From positions 3,072,001 through 3,136,000 of the forward strand of contig CBDBHB010000009.1 in the NCBI GenBank assembly GCA_965205505.1: DNA of 64,000 nt, given 5' to 3'. The notes beneath the pieces were generated by a model, which saw nothing but the letters and a program-made list of their open reading frames with translations, was not told where the DNA came from and did not search any database. The stretch's first letter is position 1. Each line of letters opens with the position of its first letter. Of the stretch, positions 60,648 through 64,000 are shown piece after piece. The DNA comes from Acidobacteriota bacterium (GTDB taxonomy: Bacteria; Acidobacteriota; UBA890; WLXD01). A program made the position numbers and the translations under genes.

Positions 60648-61116
60648 ATGAAGAAGTCCGACCTCGACCTCGGGATGAATCGCCCGATCACCCGCCGCGA
60701 TTTCCTCAACGGTGCGAGCGTCGCCGTTGGTGGCGTGGGCGCCATCGGCGCCGCTTCGATGCCGTCAGGCGGAGTCGACGCGACCGAAGCAGGCAGCACC
60801 CACCAGGGCCCGGGTCCCTTCGGCGACGAGTACTACCCGCCATCCGGACCGGGATATCGAAGCGATCACCGTCAACCGTTGGCCGCATGGTTACGCCGGA
60901 GCCGGAAACGATCTGTACGACCCGGAATGGAGCTACGACGAGGCGCCGTGGGTCGTCGGTCGCAAGCGCTTCGGTCGCATTACCATCGCCAATTCCGACG
61001 CGGCTGCAGTGTGTCTGACCTCGGCCGCCTTCGATCAGGGGCATCGCGCTGTTCAGGAGCTACTCACGGACGTCATTCGGCCTGAGTTCCAGTACCCCTG
61101 GGCGGAGAGAACCTGA
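60648..61116 (+). pseudogene. Internally deleted SpdH-like paralog
   Basis: MKKSDLDLGMNRPITRRDFLNG...DEYYPP fused out of frame near 60842 to PDRDIEAITVNRWPHGY...EFQYPWAERT; about 1.5 kb missing. Confidence 0.9.
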
Positions 61117-61314
61117 GCGGGATTCGGAGCATCCGGCTCCCGGGAGTGCCCGCGGAGATAAGCGCAAGGACGGGCACGCAGTCGTAGCGACGTGTAGTCG
61201 TGCTGACAGGAGCACCGGCCAAAACGCTTGGGCTCGCTGTGCGTTCGCATTAGCTTAGTAGTGACAACGGAAAAAGCTCCCCTCGGCACTCGATTCACGA
61301 ATGGAGAGTCGGCC

Positions 61315-62458
61315 TTGACCCTCGACGCCTCGCTACGTATCGCCGCTTTGGTGACGCTCACGCTGCTACCGGCCAACGCTGCTGCCCAGTGCCTCGTCTC
61401 GGAAGCCGACATCGTGAGCGGCGCCGCGCGCGACGCCATCCCTGCGCTGACCAACCCGGAGACGATTTCCGCCGCCGAAGCCGACCTCCTCCTAGCACCC
61501 ACCGACACGGTGCTCGGCGTGGTCCGAAACGGCGAGGCGCCCGAACGTCGCTGAGTCTATGGTCGCAGATGATGGTGAGCGGCATCTGCGTCGTTGACGA
61601 TCTCGTGCCACCACAGAACGCGCATCGGATACGCTCGCCGGGTCGTACATGATGAGGTTGTTGTCGAACAGTAGACCGGACGTACCGAAGATCATGTGCT
61701 GGCCGTCGAGGACGGGGTCGTATACCAAGCTGCTGCCCGGTGAGCGGGCAATAGCTCACCGCGATCGGGACTGTTCACCAACCTCATCATGTACGACCGA
61801 ACGTCGCTGAGTCGCCGAGGACGTCGGGTCGTACATCTCGCACCGGCCAAGTCTCTACCCTGTCACGGAGACCACATGGGCAGGCTGGAAGGCGATGCAT
61901 CCCGACACCACGGCGATCAGCTTCGACACCGGCTACTCGCGCGACTACGACCGCTATCCATACGGCGACTACGATACCGTCAGCAGTACACGGCTCCTTT
62001 TCCCTCACAGCTTCATCGACGACCGTCTCCCGCTCAAGGCGCTGGTACACGGGATCGCGCACGACGGCACGGCGCGGGCCTATCCGCTCGACGATCTGAC
62101 CGCCTCGGAGAGTCGCGTGGCGTTGAACGATCAGATCAACGGGCGTGCCTTGCTGGTGGTAGTCGACCGCGTCCGCGGTATGGTCGTCTCCTTCGATCGC
62201 CGGGTTCGATTCCGTAACAAGAAGGGAAAGTGGAAAACGAAGAAGTTCTTCTTCGATGTCGTCGATGGCGAAGGGTTTCCGTTTCTCCTCAAAGACCGCC
62301 AAACGGAGTCTACCTGGAACCTGCAGGGTGTGCCCGTCGGCGGTGAGCTCGTCGACAATGTGGAGGACGGAGGCCTGCCGCGAATCGCCGACGCATACAA
62401 CGCGTTCTGGTTCGGCTGGGCGTCGTTTAATCGCGACACTCAGATCTACGAGCAGTAG
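61315..62458 (+). pseudogene. DUF3179-family exported protein with a scrambled/inverted internal segment
   Basis: N-terminal RDAIPAL.NP and C-terminal TTWAGWKAMHPDT...YPYGDY...AFWFGW on +; RAYPMRVLWWHEIVND and SYCPLT..GTSGLLFDNNLIMYD on - within 61591-61773. Confidence 0.8.
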
Positions 62459-62466
62459 TGGGCGTA

Positions 62467-62895
62467 TCAAACATCATCGGTGCTCAGGACGTCAGCGTCG
62501 GCTATGGCCAATTGCTGTCCGCTCCGTAGGCGGCGATAGTCGTCGCGATCGACGACCAACACCGGCAACTTGGTGTCGTAAAGCTCTCGGGCGATCATGG
62601 CCGCCACCAGGATGGTGATGTTGGGCTCCGGCAGAATCACGGCGGCGGGGCCGTTACCGAGCTGAATAGCGTCGGCCAGCGCGCCTGGGGAGCTGGTGCT
62701 GCCGCGCGTGCCCGGCATGACCAGGATTCTCCCGGCGACACATTCGCCAAGCTGTGGATGATGCTCATCGACGATGCGGCCGGATTTGGGATCGAGGCCT
62801 CCCCAGAAGCTCAGCGGCTCTTCCAGGACAAGCGTCTCACCTCCACACTCGCCGTCGAGGAGGATCTCGGTGGCGCGCAAGACCTCAGCAGCCAT
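62467..62895 (-). CDS. Aconitase X small (swivel, DUF126) subunit
   Basis: EPLSFWGGLDP.SG.IVD.HHP, PGTRGSTS, GPAAVI. Confidence 0.88.
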   Translation of the reverse strand: MAAEVLRATEILLDGECGGETLVLEEPLSFWGGLDPKSGRIVDEHHPQLGECVAGRILVMPGTRGSTSSPGALADAIQLGNGPAAVILPEPNITILVAAMIARELYDTKLPVLVVDRDDYRRLRSGQQLAIADADVLSTDDV

Positions 62896-64000
62896 CGGCC
62901 CAGAACTCGGTATCGGAGGTAATGCGGCCGCTCGCAGCGGCTCGCACACAGTCTTCCAGGCTCGCGAACGTCGGCCGCGATCCCAGTCCACCAGGTGCGT
63001 AGTAAGCCCACTTGGCGGAGTTGGTCACCACGCGCCCGTCGCAGCCCGAGACCAAGGGAGCGTAGTAGGTGCATCGCCCGGTCACGGGCGTCGCCCCGGC
63101 GGCACGCAGCAGATCGAGCCAACCGCGGTCCTCGATCTCCCCGAGTACATGGTCGCTTGTCGATATGTAGAACTGGACGCCTTCAGCGACGTGAACCCTC
63201 TCGAGCAACGGCATCAGCTGTTCGAACTCGGCGAGCGAGAAGTGCGGTGTCCCGAGGCACACCGCCCCGACGTGTCCGCGGCCACCAGCTCCGAGCTGCT
63301 CGGCCGCCGCCCGGAGGTCGTCCGGGCCGACACAAACCCGAGAGCTCGCGGGTCGTCCCTGGGTCGCTTCTGCCAGCGTTGTGGCTTCCGGCGTAATGCC
63401 GACGGCGTGGAAGAGCTTCAGCGAGCCTGAAGCCGCACCGGCAGAACCGATGGCTCGGAGCTGCTCGGTGCTCGCAGTCGACGGCAAGCCGACGATCGCC
63501 GGGATTTGATCGCCGACAGTTCGCCCGACGAGAAAGCCGAGCACGTGAAAGAAGCGGTCGTCGCCGAGCCAGGTCGCGGGGAGATGCTCCAGCTCCACCA
63601 CAACGGTCGCACGGCGGTTCTCCGTCCGATGCAGCCCGGTGTCTGGAGCACGACCGGTGATCGCCGCGCACATATCCAGGAACTCGACGTAGGCGTTCGT
63701 CCGCGCGCCCAGAATCGAGTTGGCATAGGCCACCGCGCTCGACTCGGTCCATGCGACGTGCTCGCCTCGCTTGGGCTCGGCCCGCACGTGATAGGGAGCA
63801 CAGGTCATCGTGGGGCGACAACCCATCTGCTCGTAGAGCTCGATCAGACGGAGGCTCGCATTCCTGTCGGCCGGCTCGGAGTCCGCGAATCGTTGCAGGT
63901 TCAAGGAGCAGCTGGTCAGCGTGGTCGGCACGGCAACCCGCGTACCGAGCTCGATGAGCTTTTCCGCAAAGTCGATGTTTGCCTGGCCATTATTGTAGGA
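62885..64000 (-). CDS. Aconitase X large (catalytic, DUF521) subunit, 5' end off window
   Basis: VAVPTT, TCAPY, WTESSAVAYANSILGART, FHAVGITPEA, LGTPH, TNSAKWAYY. Confidence 0.9.
   Translation of the reverse strand, partial: SYNNGQANIDFAEKLIELGTRVAVPTTLTSCSLNLQRFADSEPADRNASLRLIELYEQMGCRPTMTCAPYHVRAEPKRGEHVAWTESSAVAYANSILGARTNAYVEFLDMCAAITGRAPDTGLHRTENRRATVVVELEHLPATWLGDDRFFHVLGFLVGRTVGDQIPAIVGLPSTASTEQLRAIGSAGAASGSLKLFHAVGITPEATTLAEATQGRPASSRVCVGPDDLRAAAEQLGAGGRGHVGAVCLGTPHFSLAEFEQLMPLLERVHVAEGVQFYISTSDHVLGEIEDRGWLDLLRAAGATPVTGRCTYYAPLVSGCDGRVVTNSAKWAYYAPGGLGSRPTFASLEDCVRAAASGRITSDTEFWADGC

Noticed and set aside
61541-61813. Shufflon or programmed inversion
   Set aside because: No recombinase nearby; the repeats are duplicated coding sequence, and no single inversion restores the gene
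1-64000. CRISPR arrays, tRNA/rRNA, IS or integrase genes
   Set aside because: None recognised by eye; the repeats present are paralogous coding sequence. Infernal/tRNAscan were not run

Overview
GC-rich bacterial DNA (gene mix suggests an Acidobacteriota/Gemmatimonadota-like heterotroph; this is an inference). About 50 catabolic, transport and exported-enzyme genes; no rRNA, tRNA, CRISPR, integrase or transposase recognised. Two paralog expansions dominate. (i) Spermidine-dehydrogenase (SpdH)-like FAD oxidoreductases with twin-arginine leaders: six full-length copies (one frameshifted) and two collapsed remnants. All but one end in an invariant tail, PEFQYPWAERT. (ii) GbcA/Stc2-like Rieske oxygenase alpha subunits: three full copies and one internally deleted. 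Unusually, all carry SRRxFxK/R Tat-type leaders, the full copies have a ~17-aa insertion in the Rieske motif, and no reductase or ferredoxin gene is present in the window. The two families are adjacent at two separate loci, so the best candidate for a new system is an exported Rieske oxygenase/flavoprotein amine-oxidation module. Supporting genes include betB, a DgcA/StcD-like flavoenzyme, an osmoprotectant ABC transporter, an APC permease, aconitase X, two PQQ dehydrogenases and c-type cytochromes. The window also shows gene damage: genes that keep both ends but lost their cores, several 1-2 bp frameshifts, and one scrambled/inverted DUF3179 gene. These could be real erosion or sequencing/amplification artefacts.
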